NCBI RefSeq assembly: GCF_009914755.1
Contig: NC_060944.1
Reading direction: 5' to 3' (one strand)
Length of the DNA stretch: 64,000 nt
Source of the DNA: the human T2T-CHM13v2.0 reference genome, Homo sapiens
Positions 40,340 to 53,711 of the stretch are shown here, piece by piece. The position numbers were made by a program, and so were the translations under genes. The first letter of the stretch is position 1; each line of letters begins with the position of its first letter. Under the pieces are notes generated by a model. It did not search any database. It had not been told where the DNA came from and was given only the letters and a program-made list of their open reading frames with translations.

Positions 40340-41060
40340 GGATTAGCAATGCCGGCATTTGTGGGAAGATTATTCCCAGTCAAAGCCCTGGGAAATAGCA
40401 AATCTTCAAATGTTAAAGAAACAGAAAGAAAAATTGCGAGTCCAGGATGGATTGAATGTGAAGGGAATGTGAGGAGATGAGTTTTGGGGATTCAGCAAGG
40501 GCCTGTTATATAGCTCCTATTAGAGATTTGTTTTTTTCTTTTGAAAGAAATGCATTTTTTTTTTTAAGTAGGGGAATGGTGTGCTCTAACTTTGGTTTCT
40601 TTTTGTTTTGTTTTCTGACTGATTGTCATGTGGTGTAGAGATAATGGGCTGTCAAAAGACATGGCTCAAAGTAGACAAGCCGGCAGTCATCACAGGGGGC
40701 ATGAGCGTTTCTTTAACAGGTGAGGCAGCAGTAAAATGCAAAGAAGTAGATGGATACAGACTATATTTTGGAAGTAGAGATGATGGCATTAGCAGTTTGG
40801 GGAAGAGAGTAGAGGAACAAAGAAGAATCAAGGACGATTCCAAAGTTTCTTACTTGAACAACCGAGAAAGTCAATATTAACTGAGAAGTAGTAACGGTAA
40901 AAAAGAAAACAGGTTTAGTTCAGTCTTGGACATGGTAAGCTTAAGAAAGAGGCCTAATAAGTATCTTCATGGATTTGCCATGGAGGCAGATGACTATCAA
41001 AATCTGGAACTCACAAGAGAGCTCAAGACTCAAGATAAAACTATGGGAGTCATCAGAAGA
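40340..41060 (-). mobile_element. L2 fragment
   Basis: atattttggaagtaga...gaagaatcaaggacgattccaaagtttct...gttcagtcttggacatg...gggagtcatcag. Confidence 0.7.
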
Positions 41061-42060
41061 GTTAGAAAACTTCGGTGACCCAGAATAGAATTTCTAAAGC
41101 AAGAAAAAGTTGGGAAGTGCATGGAAAACATTTAGACTCAGACATTTCTTTCTGACAGGAACACTTAACCACATGATAGGGCTGTCTGTTGTCAAAAACG
41201 GAAGTTCTTCTTTTGCCTTAAGTTGGTTCGCTCAAGTAAGGGCCAAAACTATGGTCTATTTTGTGCAGGGAGATTCTGACAGTATAGAATTTCAACGATG
41301 TCTATGCTTTCAGCAAGACTTCATGTGTTTAACATTTGTTGTGAATAGAGCCCTAAAATTTTACCACCTTCCATAAACATTTATTGTTTTTCTGGGTTTC
41401 CAACTCTAAGCAGAAAGTCCTAGTGCTTTATCATATATTTCTTGAAGTGTGTCAGTGTCAAAGACACAGAACACATTAAGCATGTGAGCCACAGCATATA
41501 GGTCCCTAGAGAAAAGAGACTTAGAAAGAAGCATGGACTATTGTTCCCTACAACTATTTTTACTACTTGACTAATAGAGTTTTCACCATCCTTATTACAT
41601 TTTTCTATTCAGCCTCAACAAGCTTTGCAGACCACATGGCTAATACAAATTCTGGCAACATATTTCACTTCTTTTATTGCACACCTCAAACCTTATTACT
41701 TGTTCATTGTATTGCAGTTGGGATTTAGATTTTTATAAACATGTTCTCAAATGCTGTGCACTTTATAAATTTATGACTTTTATTGCAGATCAATAATTTT
41801 TATCCACCTATTACTCAGCAAGGGACATACTTTCCTGAATATGCTATTACCTTTAACTTTTTAATCCAGGGGAAATTTTAAATTAAAAAAAAATTCTCAG
41901 CACAAGACAGGCAAGAAGACAGAGAAAGGGGATGGTGGGATTCGGGAATACAGTAGGAAGAATCATGAGTACAAGTCTTTTCTCCAGCGATGTGTCAAAT
42001 TTCATGAATCAGCAGAACTCCTTTTTTCTTTAAAAAATTACTGAAATGGTTGTTCAAGGA

Positions 42061-42292
42061 CAGTAGTTTCCAGCCGGGGATGATGAATTTTTCCTTCCCC
42101 TTCCCCCATAGAAGGCATTTGGCAACATCTAAAGATATGTTTGGTTGTCACAAATGGGAAGGAGTTACTCCTGGCATCTAGTGCGTAGAGGCCAAAGTTG
42201 CTGCTAAACATTCTCCGGTGCACATGGTAACTCCCCACAATAGACAACTATCCAGCCAAAAGTGTCACTGGTGCCAAAATTAAGAAACACTG
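42061..42292 (+). mobile_element. MER20 (hAT-Charlie)
   Basis: cagtagtttccagccgggga...catttggcaacatct...ctggcatctagtgcgtagaggcca...aagaaacactg. Confidence 0.88.
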
Positions 42293-43104
42293 GCTTAGAA
42301 TCTGGGGCCTAATGATTTTGTCCTTGTTCATGCTAAGCCATACCCACAAAAAACAGTTTTCAATTTTTTTGTGTATTTCTATTTCTTTCACATTTGAAAT
42401 CATTAAAGATCCACTTTTGATAGACTTTCAAATAGGCTAAGATTATCTAATCCTTGGAGACTATGAATAATGTAGTCATGTGGATTTATCAAAATGCCAG
42501 TGAATGGTGGAAGTTGAATTCCTTAGATATAGTTTGTAAACTGGTTAGGGAACTTTAACCTGTTTCAGAATAGTCTCACAAGTCACTGGGGTGAAATTGT
42601 TGTGAAGGAATACATTTAACATTGGTTTCTTCATAAACACATAGTCGGCTGACTGACCAGCAATGATTTTGTGAGATTAACAAATGGAATGAAAAATGAC
42701 ATTTATTTATTATTTTAAAATTTCAAATGTTCCAGTTTTATTTAATTGGACCAAGCACCTGCATATCATTTTAAGACAATTACCTACTATTTATGGTTTG
42801 AAATTCTGTATAGTATTTTGTACTGTATTTTATTAATACAATAAATTAATTATGCATAGTTCTTATTTATAGCTCTTATTCTGATTTTAGAAAGTGAATA
42901 GTTTGCCTAGAACAGATATTAGAACATAAAACTTTTCAAACCTTCTTAAATACATAATAGGGAGAATTTAAGCAACTAGAGGCATAAATGTGCAGATCAG
43001 TGTTACCCAACATGTAGGCTGAGTAATCCTGAGAAATGCAGAGTATCTGAAAGGATTCTTCAATGTACGTGCTTCATAAGCAACTATTTAATAGTTGTAA
43101 TAAA

Positions 43105-43330
43105 TTGATAATCACTAACATTTATTGTGCAAGAATAACATCCGAAGAGCTTTAAGTGCATCAGATTATTTAACATCCCCAGAAACTCAGTAGGCTGACG
43201 CTATTCTACTTCCATCTGGAAGACAAGGAATGTAGCTTACTCAGAGACGTTAGTAATTTACTCCATGTCACATAGCTACTAAGAAGCAGAACTGGGTCTG
43301 TCTGTCTCAAGCCCGAGTTCTTCATATAGA
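43105..43330 (-). mobile_element. MIR
   Basis: ataatcactaacatttattg...actcagagacgttagtaatttactccatgtcacatagct...cagaactggg. Confidence 0.65.
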
Positions 43331-43914
43331 AATGCTATATATAAATGGTTTTGTTATTATTAAATATACAAAGTTGAAATGCATTGCTGAACATGGAGTA
43401 CTCTTTCTGTCATTGTGACCTTTCTGAAAGTATTGAAAAATAAGGCTCCATACAAAGTTTTAACTTTACACAGACTGAGAATGACGATAATAAATCTTCT
43501 TTCCTTGCATTTATGTGTGTTTATCAATTATTCACGCAGCAGTAGAGATGGTTGATGAGATCTTCCCACAGTAACTTAATCATCGATCATGAAACAACAC
43601 ATGGACTGTTCTACCTTTGTCTCTAGCCTTAACTTTCTACTTCAATTAATACCATTTCCAGATGTCTTACTGTACCTATGAAAAAATACGTAATTGTTTT
43701 TTGCAGGGCCATGTAATTTAATTGAATCAGGATATGTGTCTCCCTCCCAAACTAATTAGGTTCTCAACTACTCTTCTGTATGATGAGAATATTATGGCTC
43801 CAAATAGCAAAACTTCATCAGCATGGTTAGCTCTGATGCCCCAGGAGGCAGTGACGGTTCCTAGGAACTGGAGCTTGGCAATAAAAGAAAATGGAATGAA
43901 TATACTTTCCATAT

Positions 43915-44090
43915 CAGGTTCTCCCTTAATATTTCTGCCATGAGGTTACTCATCATGTTTTAAAAGAACCAGTGATACGGAACTCACTTCACTTCCTACC
44001 TAGGCATCTATTTCACCTTCAGACAGGTTTAACTTTTTTTGTTCTCACATTGAGCTGAAATCTGACTCTGAGAACTGTTTACTCTTGGAC
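43915..44090 (-). mobile_element. L3/CR1 fragment
   Basis: ccagtgatacggaactcac...ttgagctgaaatctg resembles L3. Confidence 0.5.
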
Positions 44091-44339
44091 TGTAAGTGCA
44101 AAATAAACTAATTAGACAAAGATTCAATAATTTATTAACTTCTGTCACAGACTGGCCTCACCAAAGTATCCCATCGCCATGACCTTGACATAATGCTATG
44201 TTAACACCCCTCCATAAAGTCTGTACTTTCTCCCCTTGAATCTGGGTGGGCCTGTGGCTATGGTGGGAGGAACAGTATCTGCCTGGTCCTTTTAGGATGC
44301 TTGCCTTTGAATTGCATCCCCTTTGCCATGAGGCAAATC

Positions 44340-44930
44340 TCCCTCATAGATATTATATTGTCATGGGGAGACAAAAAATAAACATAGAGCAGGAATAAAA
44401 CATAAATATTGACCTCCAATGCTATAAAGAAAAACAAAAATCCTAAAAGGTAGTAACTGATAAAAGTAGGGAGAGATACTAATTCACATATGGTCATTTG
44501 GAATAGACACTTGAATGAACTCAAGGACAAGACAAGTAGATATCTGGGACCATACTGTTTCACACAGAAGGGAGGGAAGTATAAATGGCCTGAGGCAGGT
44601 GTGTATCTGATATACTCCAGTGAAAGCAAGGAGGCCGAGGTGACTGAAGTGTAACAGGGCAGAAGGGAGAATGGTAAGAGATCGGGTCAGAAATAGATGC
44701 TGGAAGTCAACATACAAAAGACCTGGAAGAGCCTGCATTGCTCATGAGATGGGAAGCCCCTGGGGGGTTAATGAAGGAGTGACTTGATATGACTCCCACG
44801 TAGAAGGATGACTGATGACAAGCAAGGTAGTCAGGAGGACCCATTAGGAAGTTGCTGCCATGGGTGGAGGGGAAAGTTGATCTCAGCCTGGCGAGTCTAG
44901 CAGTAGTTGAGGCAGTGAGAAGAGGCTCAG
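44340..44930 (-). mobile_element. L2a fragment (an MLT1-like fragment lies just left, at ~44140-44340)
   Basis: ggcctgaggcaggtgtgtatctg...cagtgaaagcaaggaggcc...tgagatgggaagcc...gcagtgagaag. Confidence 0.7.
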
Positions 44931-45712
44931 ATTATCATCATCATAACTATGGGTACTTTTTTATTGTTAAAACATACATTCACATGACATCATTTCTCTG
45001 CAGTTACTGTTGCTAGTATTGTTGGCAACAGTTATTTGTGAGTAAAGGTGAAGAAATGAAGGCTTGGAGAAAACCAATGATAGCCCCCAGATAGCATTCT
45101 ATTTATGTTTCTCTTTGTCTCTCAAACTAAATGAGGTTGGTATTCAAACCTAGACTTTCCAACTTCATGTCTATGTTAGTTTACTAGGTAAACAGGTAAT
45201 ACCACTTTTCTGATTTAAAATTCATGTTTAGTACACTCAATATTTAGAAAAATACACAAAAAATGAAAACAAAATAATTCATAATCTTATGATACTCTGA
45301 GATATTGTTGGCATTCTGGTGTATTCTCACACTATATTTTTACTACTTTTACATTTTATGTAATAGAATATGTATCGTGTTTCATAGGCAACATTTCTAT
45401 TTTACAGTGTTTCATAGTTATGAGTTTAGAATTATTTTGCAATATGATTATGAATGGCTACATGGTCTCAATGTACTATTATTCATTTAACCAAACCCTG
45501 ATGGTTAGACATTTAATTTTTTAAAAAAATCTACCTTACATGATCTAAGATGAACATCTTACTTGTAAAAATACTCGTATAAACAATTCTTTTTGACAAT
45601 AAATTCCTAGAAAGGAAATTTTTACATCAAACATATGTAAAATTTTGCTTCAAAAAAACATTAAGAGACCACTCTCTACAATCATAAAATTAAACACCTA
45701 TCAAGAGTTTGA

Positions 45713-46037
<325 letters not shown>

Positions 46038-46089
46038 TCAACATTCATTTTTGCCAAAAGGAAAGGAAAAATGGCTCATCATAGCATTA

Positions 46090-46398
46090 CAACTGGCTCT
46101 TCCTATCTGTGCGTCCTACATCTGTAGACTTAAAGAAAATTGTGTCTGTACTGAATATGTATAGACTTTTTCGTCTTGTCATTTGTCTAAACAATGCAGT
46201 ATAACAACTACTTACATAGCATTTATATTGCATCACGTGGTATAAGTAATCTACAGATGATTTAAAGTATATGATAGGGTGTGTGTAGATTATATGCAAA
46301 TACTGTGCCACTTTATATAAGAAACGTGAACATCCACAGATTTTGATATTCCCAGGAGGTGCTGGAAACAATCCCCCAGAGATATCAAAGGATGACTT
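46090..46398 (-). mobile_element. MER2 (TcMar-Tigger non-autonomous element)
   Basis: ataagtaatctacagatgatttaaagtata...ttatatgcaaatact...aacaatccccc...ggatgact, with TA flanks. Confidence 0.85.
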
Positions 46399-47134
46399 TA
46401 TTTACAAATGCAAAAAGCAAGCAAACAAGCCTTTAATATTTGACAATAGAAAATTATTATATGAATTGTGGAATATTTAAGTGGTGTAATTTTATCCTTA
46501 TACATTTGAAATTAATATGCCCTTAATTATTACCCATTTTACAAACATGTCTATCCAGATCTAAACAAGTGGGTTTTTTTGTTTGTTTTTGTTTTTCAAG
46601 GAGCAAAGCAGATACACCACTGGTTGCCATATGATGAGATTAGGTGGTACATGGACACAGTATTACATTCAGCTAAATAATGAGAAATTTGGCTCCTTTT
46701 AAATTTCCTTTTAATTTCAATGTGGTACTAACCTTAACTTTTTTCTAGTACTAATTTTCCTTTTGATAAAAAAAGGCTTATTAATAATTGTTATTTAATT
46801 TTAATGGTAATAAAATAGTTAAAACTTGCACAGTAAGTTATTATATGTCAGGCATCGTTCCAAGTGCCTTACATTTATTCGCACATTTTATCTTCATCAC
46901 AACCATGCCAAATAACCTGTAGAAATTTCATACTATTGTTTTATGTCATTATAAATTTTTGTGCCATTATATTCCACATATGGCAACTGATATTTCTATC
47001 TAGTTTCTATATATATATTTGGGTGAAATAAGTTGATTAAATGAAAAGAACCTCAGTTAAAGATTAGCATATTGTTATAGAAGAGATCATGAAAGTGATA
47101 TGGGAAAGATTGAAATTTGAGGATCATTAGTCTA

Positions 47135-47300
47135 GAGGGGTGTTTCTCAAATTTTAATATACATTTGATTCACCTAAGGAGCTTGTTAAACTACAAATTC
47201 TGATCCAATAGGCCTGAGGTGGGCTGATATTCGGCATTCTTAACTAGCTCCTGGGTGAGGCCAGGCTACTCACCTACGGACTAAACTTTGGAAGAGCAAG
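47135..47300. mobile_element. MER5A1-like hAT-Charlie element
   Basis: gtgtttctcaaatttt...cacctaaggagcttgttaaa...attctgat...actttggaagagcaag. Confidence 0.7.
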
Positions 47301-50300
47301 AATATAAAACCCTGTCAGCCACGTGCATAAAGTCATTCAACAGGTGAAGAAAATTAGAAAGATTGGTGTTGAATTCTGGTTACTTGGACTCTGGTGCAAC
47401 ATCCAATGTATATAAAGCTAACTAATTTCATAATTTGATGCAAAATATTCATTAATAACACATATGAAGAAATTCCCGGGACTCTTACATTTTTCTACTG
47501 GTGCTGAATCAGGAAAAAATAAAAACCAATCTTAATGTATTTATCTTTCAACTTACATTTTAGATTCAGAGTGTGCATGTGCAGGCTTGTTACCTGGATA
47601 TATTGTGGGAAACTGAGGTTTGGATATGAATGATTGCATCACCCAGGTACTGTGCCTAGTACCCAACAGTTGATTTTTCAAACCTTGCCCCACTCCCTCC
47701 CTCCCAACTCTACTAGTCTCCAGTGTCTATTATTGACATCTTCATGACCACGAGTACCCCATGTATAGCTGCCACTTACAAATGAGAACATGCAGTATCT
47801 GATTTTCTGTTCCTGCATTAATTCACGTAGGATAATGGCCTCCAGCTGCATCCATGTTGCTGCAAAGAACATGATTTTGTTCTTTTTATGGCTGTGTAGC
47901 ATTCCATCGTGTATATGTACCGTATTTTCTTTATTCAATCCACCACTGATGGACGCCTGGGTTGATTCCATGGTTTTGCTATTGTGAACAGTGTCCTTTT
48001 GGTAGAACAATTTGTTTTCTTGTGGATATACACCCTGGATTGGGATTGCTGGGTAGAATGCTAGTTGTAAGTTCTTTGAGAAATCTCCAAACTGCTCTCC
48101 ATAGTGGCTGAACTAGTTTACACTCCCACAACAGTATATGTAAGTGTTTCATTTTTTCCACAGCCTCACCAACATCTGTTGATTTTTGACTTCTTAACAA
48201 AAGCCATTCTGACTATTCGAGATGGTATTTAATTGTGGTTTTGATTTGTATTTCTCTGATGACTAGTGATGTGGAGCATTTTTTTATATGTCTGTTGGCC
48301 ACTTGTATTTCTTCTTTTGAGAAGTATCTGTTCATGTCGTGTCCCTATTTTTTAATGCGTTTTTTTTTCTTATTGCTTTAAGTTCCTTATAGATTCTGGA
48401 TATTGGACTTTTGTCAGATACATAGTTTGCAAACATTTTCTCTTATTCTGTAGATTGTCCATTTACTCTGGTAATAGTTCACAGAAAAAGTGCAGAAGCT
48501 CTTTAGTTTAATTAGGTCCTACATGTCAATTTTTGGTTTTGTTGCAATTGCTTTTGGGGACTTAGTCATAAATATTTCCCAAGGTCAGTGTCCGGAATGG
48601 TGTTTCCTAGGTTTTCTTCTAGGATTTCTATAGTTAGAGGTCTTATATTTAAATATTTAATCCACCTTGAGTTAATTTTTATATATGATGAAAGGTAGGG
48701 GTCCAGTTTCATTCTTCTGTATATGGCTAGCCAGCTATTCCAGCACCATTTAGTGAATAGGGAGTTATTTCCACACTGCTTACTTTTGTAGACTTTGTTG
48801 AAGATCAGATTGCTGTAGAAGTATGGCTTTATTTCTGGATTCTCTGTTTCATTGGTCTATGTGTCTGTTTTTGTACCAGTACCATGCTGTTTTGGTTAGT
48901 GTAGCCTGATAGTATAGTTTGAAGTTGGGTAATGTGATGCCTCTGGCTTTCTTTTTCCTTAGAATTGCTTTGGCTATTTGGACTCTTTTTGTTGTTATCC
49001 CATTTGAATTTTAGCATATTTTTTTCTAATTCTGTAAAAAAAAAAAAAAAAGACATTGTTAGTTTGATAGGAATAATGTTGAATCTGTAGATTTCTGTGT
49101 GAAGCATGGCCATTTTAATGTTATTCTTATAGTCCATGAGAATAGAATATTCTACCATTTGTTTGTGTAATCTATTTTTTTTAGGAATGTTTTGTAGTTC
49201 TCCTTATAGAGATGTTTCATCTCCTTGGTTAAGTGTATTCCTAGGTATTTTATTTTTGTGTGGCTATTATAAATGGTATTGCATTCTTGATTTGGCTCTC
49301 AGCTTGAACTTCATTAGTGTATAGAAATGATACTGATTTTTTTACATTGATTTTGTATCCTGAAAACTTGCTAAAATCATTTATCAGTTCTAATAGCTTT
49401 TTGGTGGAGTCCCTGGGATTTTCTAAATAAACAATTATATCATCAGCAAAGAGAGATAGTTTGAAAAGGCATTCTTTTTCCTATTTGAATGCCTTTTATT
49501 TCTTTCCCTTGCCTGAATGATGTGGCTAGCACTCCCAGGACTATGTTAAATAAGAGTGGTGAGAGTGAGCCTCCTTGTTTTTTTTTTCCAGTTCTCAAGG
49601 GAAATGCTTCCAGCTTTTGGCCATTCAGTATGATATGGCTATGGGTTTCTCAGAGATGCTGTTGTTATTTTGAGGTATTTTTCTTACCACCTAGCTTGTT
49701 GATGGTTTTTATTATGAAAATATATCGCATTTTATTGAAAACTTTTTTCGCTTCTATTGGGATGATTATATGGTTTGTGTTTTTAATTCTGTTTATGTGG
49801 TGAATCACCTTTATTGATTTGTATATGTTGAACCAACCTTGCATCTCAGGAATGAAGACTACCTGAACATGGTGAATTCAGTTTTGATGTGCTGTTGAAT
49901 TTGGTTTGCCAGTATTTCGTTGAGGATTTTTGCATCTATTTTCATGAGGGATATGGACATGTAGTTTTGTTTTTCATTTGTTTTTTGTTTGTTTTTTCAT
50001 TGTGTCTTCACCAGGTTTTGCTATCAGGGTGATGTTGACTCTGTAGAATGAGTTAGGGAGGAGAACCACCTCCTCAATTTTTTGGAATAGTTTCAGTAGA
50101 ATGAGTACTAGCTTTTCGTCATGCATCTGGTGAAATTTGACTGTGATTCCATCTGGTCCAGGGCTTTTTGTGGTTAGTAGGCTTTTTATTATTCATTTAA
50201 TATTGGAACTCAGTATTGGTCTATTCAGGATTTCTATTTCTTCCTGGTTCATTCTTGGGAAATTGTACATTTTCAGGAATTATTCACTTCCTCTAAATTT

Positions 50301-51125
50301 TCTAGTTTGCATACATAGAGTATCTTTTGTATTTCTGTGAGATCAGTTGTAATGTCACCTTTTTATATCTGATTGTGCTTCCTTAGATCTTTTTTTCCCC
50401 ATTAATCTAGCTAGAATTCTGTTGATCTTGTTTATCCTTTCAAAAACAAATTTTTGATTTCATTGATTCTTTGTATGGATTTTTGGATGTCAATTTTGTT
50501 CAGTTGGTGCTCTAATTTTATTTTCTTCTGCTGCCTTCAGAGTTAGTTTGTTCTTGTTTTTCTAGTTCCTCTATATATGATGTTTGATCATTAATTTGAG
50601 ATCTTTCTAACTTTTTGAGGTAGGTGTTTAGCATTGTAAACTTTCCTCTTAATATTGCTTTTACTGCATCTCAGAGATTTTGGTATGTTCTGTCTCTGTT
50701 TACATTTCAAAGATTTTTTAAATTTCTACCTTGTTTTCTTTATCCAAAAGTCATTCAGGAGCAAGCTGTTTAGTTTCCATGTAATTGTTGGTTCGGAGAG
50801 ATCTTGTTGGTATTGATTTCTATTTTCATTCCACTGTGGTCTGTGGGTGTGGTTGGTATAATTTTGATTTTTTTGGAATTTATTCGGACTTGCTTTATGA
50901 CTGAGCGTTTAGTCAATCTTTGATTACATTTCATGTGTAGATGAGAAGAATGCATGTTCTGTGGTTGATATGTACAGTATTCTATAGAGGTCTAGTAGGT
51001 CTAATTGGTCAAGTGTCAAATTTAAGTCCAGTTTTCTGTCTCGGTCACCTAATGTTTTCAGTGAGGTGTTGATGTCCCTACTATTACTGTGTGACTGAGT
51101 CTTTTTGTAGGGCTTCAGGTACTTG

Positions 51126-51304
51126 TTTTCTGTTTTGTTTTATTTTATTTTGTTTTCATACTGGGTCTCACTCTGTCATCCAGGCTAGAATGCAGTGATA
51201 TGATCATAACTCACTGCAACCTCAAACTCATGGGCTCAGGTGATCTTCCTGTCTCAGCCTCCTGAACAGCTGAGAATACAGGCATGTACCACTGTGCCTG
51301 GCCA

Positions 51305-51335
<31 letters not shown>

Positions 51336-51519
51336 TGTGTGTATAAATATATATATATAAACATATATAAATATATATAAAATATATATAAAATATATAT
51401 AAATATATATAAAAAATATATAAATATATATATATATTTTTTTCATAGAGACCAGGTCTTGTTATGTTGACCAGGCTTGTCTCAAACTTCTGGCCTCAAG
51501 CTATTCTCCTGCCTTGGCT
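51126..51519 (-). mobile_element. AluJ (5'-truncated) nested in the L1, with an expanded microsatellite in its linker
   Basis: Right arm ~51157-51303, left arm 51437-51519. J-type sequence gggctcaggtgatcttcct and ggcctcaagc. acttgtttt is repeated on both flanks. Confidence 0.9.
51305..51436. repeat. Compound (TG)n/(TA)n microsatellite
   Basis: Directly visible. Confidence 0.95.
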
Positions 51520-52617
51520 AGAAGCACTTGTTTTATATATCTAGGTGCTCCAGTGCTGGGTGCATATGTAATTAGGATACACAAGTCCTCCTCTTGAATT
51601 GAATACTTTATCATTAGGTAATGCCCTTCTTTGTCCTTTGTTACTTTTTTTTGGTTTGAAGTCTCTCTTATCTGATATAATAGGAACCCCTGCCCTTTAT
51701 TTTCTGTTTGCATGGTAGATCTTTCTCCAACCCTTTACTTTGAGTCTGTGGGTGTCAATATGTGTGAGGTGGATCTCTTCAAGACAGTAGACTAATGGGT
51801 CTTTTTTACTGTAATCCAATTTGCCACTCTGTGCCTTTTAAACAGGGTATTTAGGTCAGTATTGGGATGTGAGATTTTGATTTGGTCATGAAGTTATTAG
51901 CTGATTGCTTTATAGTTTCTATCGTGCAAAATCCTTTTTAAAAAGTAACCCCAAATATAAATCCTCCAAACAATGTAATTTACATCAGCTCCAAACAATG
52001 ATTTTCCTTTGATTAGATGAGAGAGATTTCCTCCAGCTGGAATGTGCAAAATATAATTTGAGCTAAGGCAATGAAATCTGACTCATTTCTTTTAAGGGAT
52101 TATTTAGTGCAGCCCTTTCTTAATTATCTTTTAATCTTATCTTTTAATTTCTAACTCACCTTACTGGATCATATGCCTTCAGATTACAATATGAACTCTC
52201 TCTGTGCTAGACAATCAGGCCCATTCACCTCATCAGCCCTGAACTCGTCAGCTAAAACAAGGTGACAGAGCCTGACATTCCAGTGCTCACTACAGTAAAA
52301 GTCAAGCAGCTATTCATGTTGCACAGCTGCCACGTCTTCTTTATAAAATATTCATTCACATTATGTCATTTTTTATTCAGCTGCCAAAAATGAAACATTT
52401 GAGGAACCTTCAAGTCATCAGAATGCAGTCGTTGCCCATAGAGGCCCATGTCAACGTATCTACCATTAATTTGGAGTGTGGATGGGACAGTGGCCCTTGC
52501 ACTTCTGTCAATGGCTTTAAAAATGATTAGAAAAAAGTTGCCTAGAATACTGTCGGACATTCTCGGCTTTCATTCATACACAGTTGGAGAAAAAGATCAT
52601 ATACATTGCAAATAAAC

Positions 52618-53310
52618 ATTTTGTATTGTGATGAAATACCCATGAAATTTATCATCCTAACCATTTTTAAGTGGACAGTCCAGTAGTGTTACATACATTC
52701 ACGTTGTTGTACAACATCACCATCCATCTCCTGAACTCTTTGCATTTGCAAAACTGAAACTTGATACCATTAAACAACTCCACATTATTACCTCCTTCAA
52801 GCCCCTGGAAGCCATTGTTGTCTTCTGTTTCTGTGAATTTGACTACCCTAGATACTTCATATAAGTGTTATGCCATATTTTTTTTTGTGTGTCTGGCTTT
52901 TTTCACTTAGCATAATGTCCTAAAGTTTCATTAAAGTTGTAGCATGTGTCAGAATTCTCATTCTTTTTAAGGCTGAATAATATTCCAGTGTAAGTACAGT
53001 ATATACTACATTTTATCAGTCCATCCACCAATGGACATTTGGGTTGCATTCACCCCTTGGCTATTGTGAATGATATGGTTATAAAAAAGGATGTGCCAAT
53101 ATCTGTTTGAGACCCTGCTTTTCAATTCTTTTTTTATGTACTCAGAAGGGAAATTGCTGGATCATACGGTAGTTCTAATTTTAATTCCTTGAGGAACCAC
53201 TACACTTGTTTCCGCCATGGCCACACAATTTTACATTCCTAACAATAGTGTTCAAAGGTCCCACCTTTTCACCAGTAATTTTTATTTTCTGGGATTTTCC
53301 AGTAGTAGCC
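52618..53310 (-). mobile_element. L1MB-type 3' end
   Basis: aaatttatcatcctaaccatttttaagtg...catccatctcc...aaactgaaac...gaatttgactac. Confidence 0.8.
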
Positions 53311-53313
53311 AAC

Positions 53314-53465
53314 AGTATATTGTACTTTCAATGAAATATTATTCAGCCTTAAAAAGAATGGGAATTCTGACACGTGCTACAACATTAATGAAACTTTAGG
53401 ACACTATGGTAAGTGAAATAAGCCTGACACAAAAGGATAAAGATGGTGTGATTCCATTTATAGGA
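53314..53465 (+). repeat. Inverted copy of L1MB segment ~52860-53007
   Basis: The reverse complement of 53322-53431 matches 52888-52997 at about 100/110 positions without gaps (manual count). Confidence 0.92.
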
Positions 53466-53605
53466 CATGGAATCTCAATGTGGAGAAAGCAACATTCCTA
53501 AAAAGAAACAAAATCAGCCAGACACAAATGGACAAATATGGTATGATTCCACTTACATGAGGTAGTATCTCAATGTGGAGAAAGCAAATTCCTTATAAAA
53601 AAACA
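53421..53605 (+). repeat. Diverged ~95-bp tandem duplication
   Basis: agcc.gacacaaa.gga.aa...tgattcca...atctcaatgtggagaaagcaa occurs at 53421-53510 and at 53516-53605. Confidence 0.85.
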
Positions 53606-53711
53606 TCCTGGAGAGAATAATCAGAAAATGGGCTCTGGTAAGTGCCAAGGAAGTGCATTAGGCAAAAATGGCATAGCTTGCCCTCGGAGATCTCAAAGCC
53701 CAATGGCAGAG

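Larger units (their letters stand above)
47537..51927 (-). mobile_element. L1PA15/16-like LINE-1, 5'-truncated near the ORF2 start (~4 kb)
   Basis: 3'UTR of the same type as at 3541-4152. ORF2 remnants include KDKEGHYLMIKYSIQEED...YAPSTGAPRYIKQVL (51501-51713). Confidence 0.9.
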
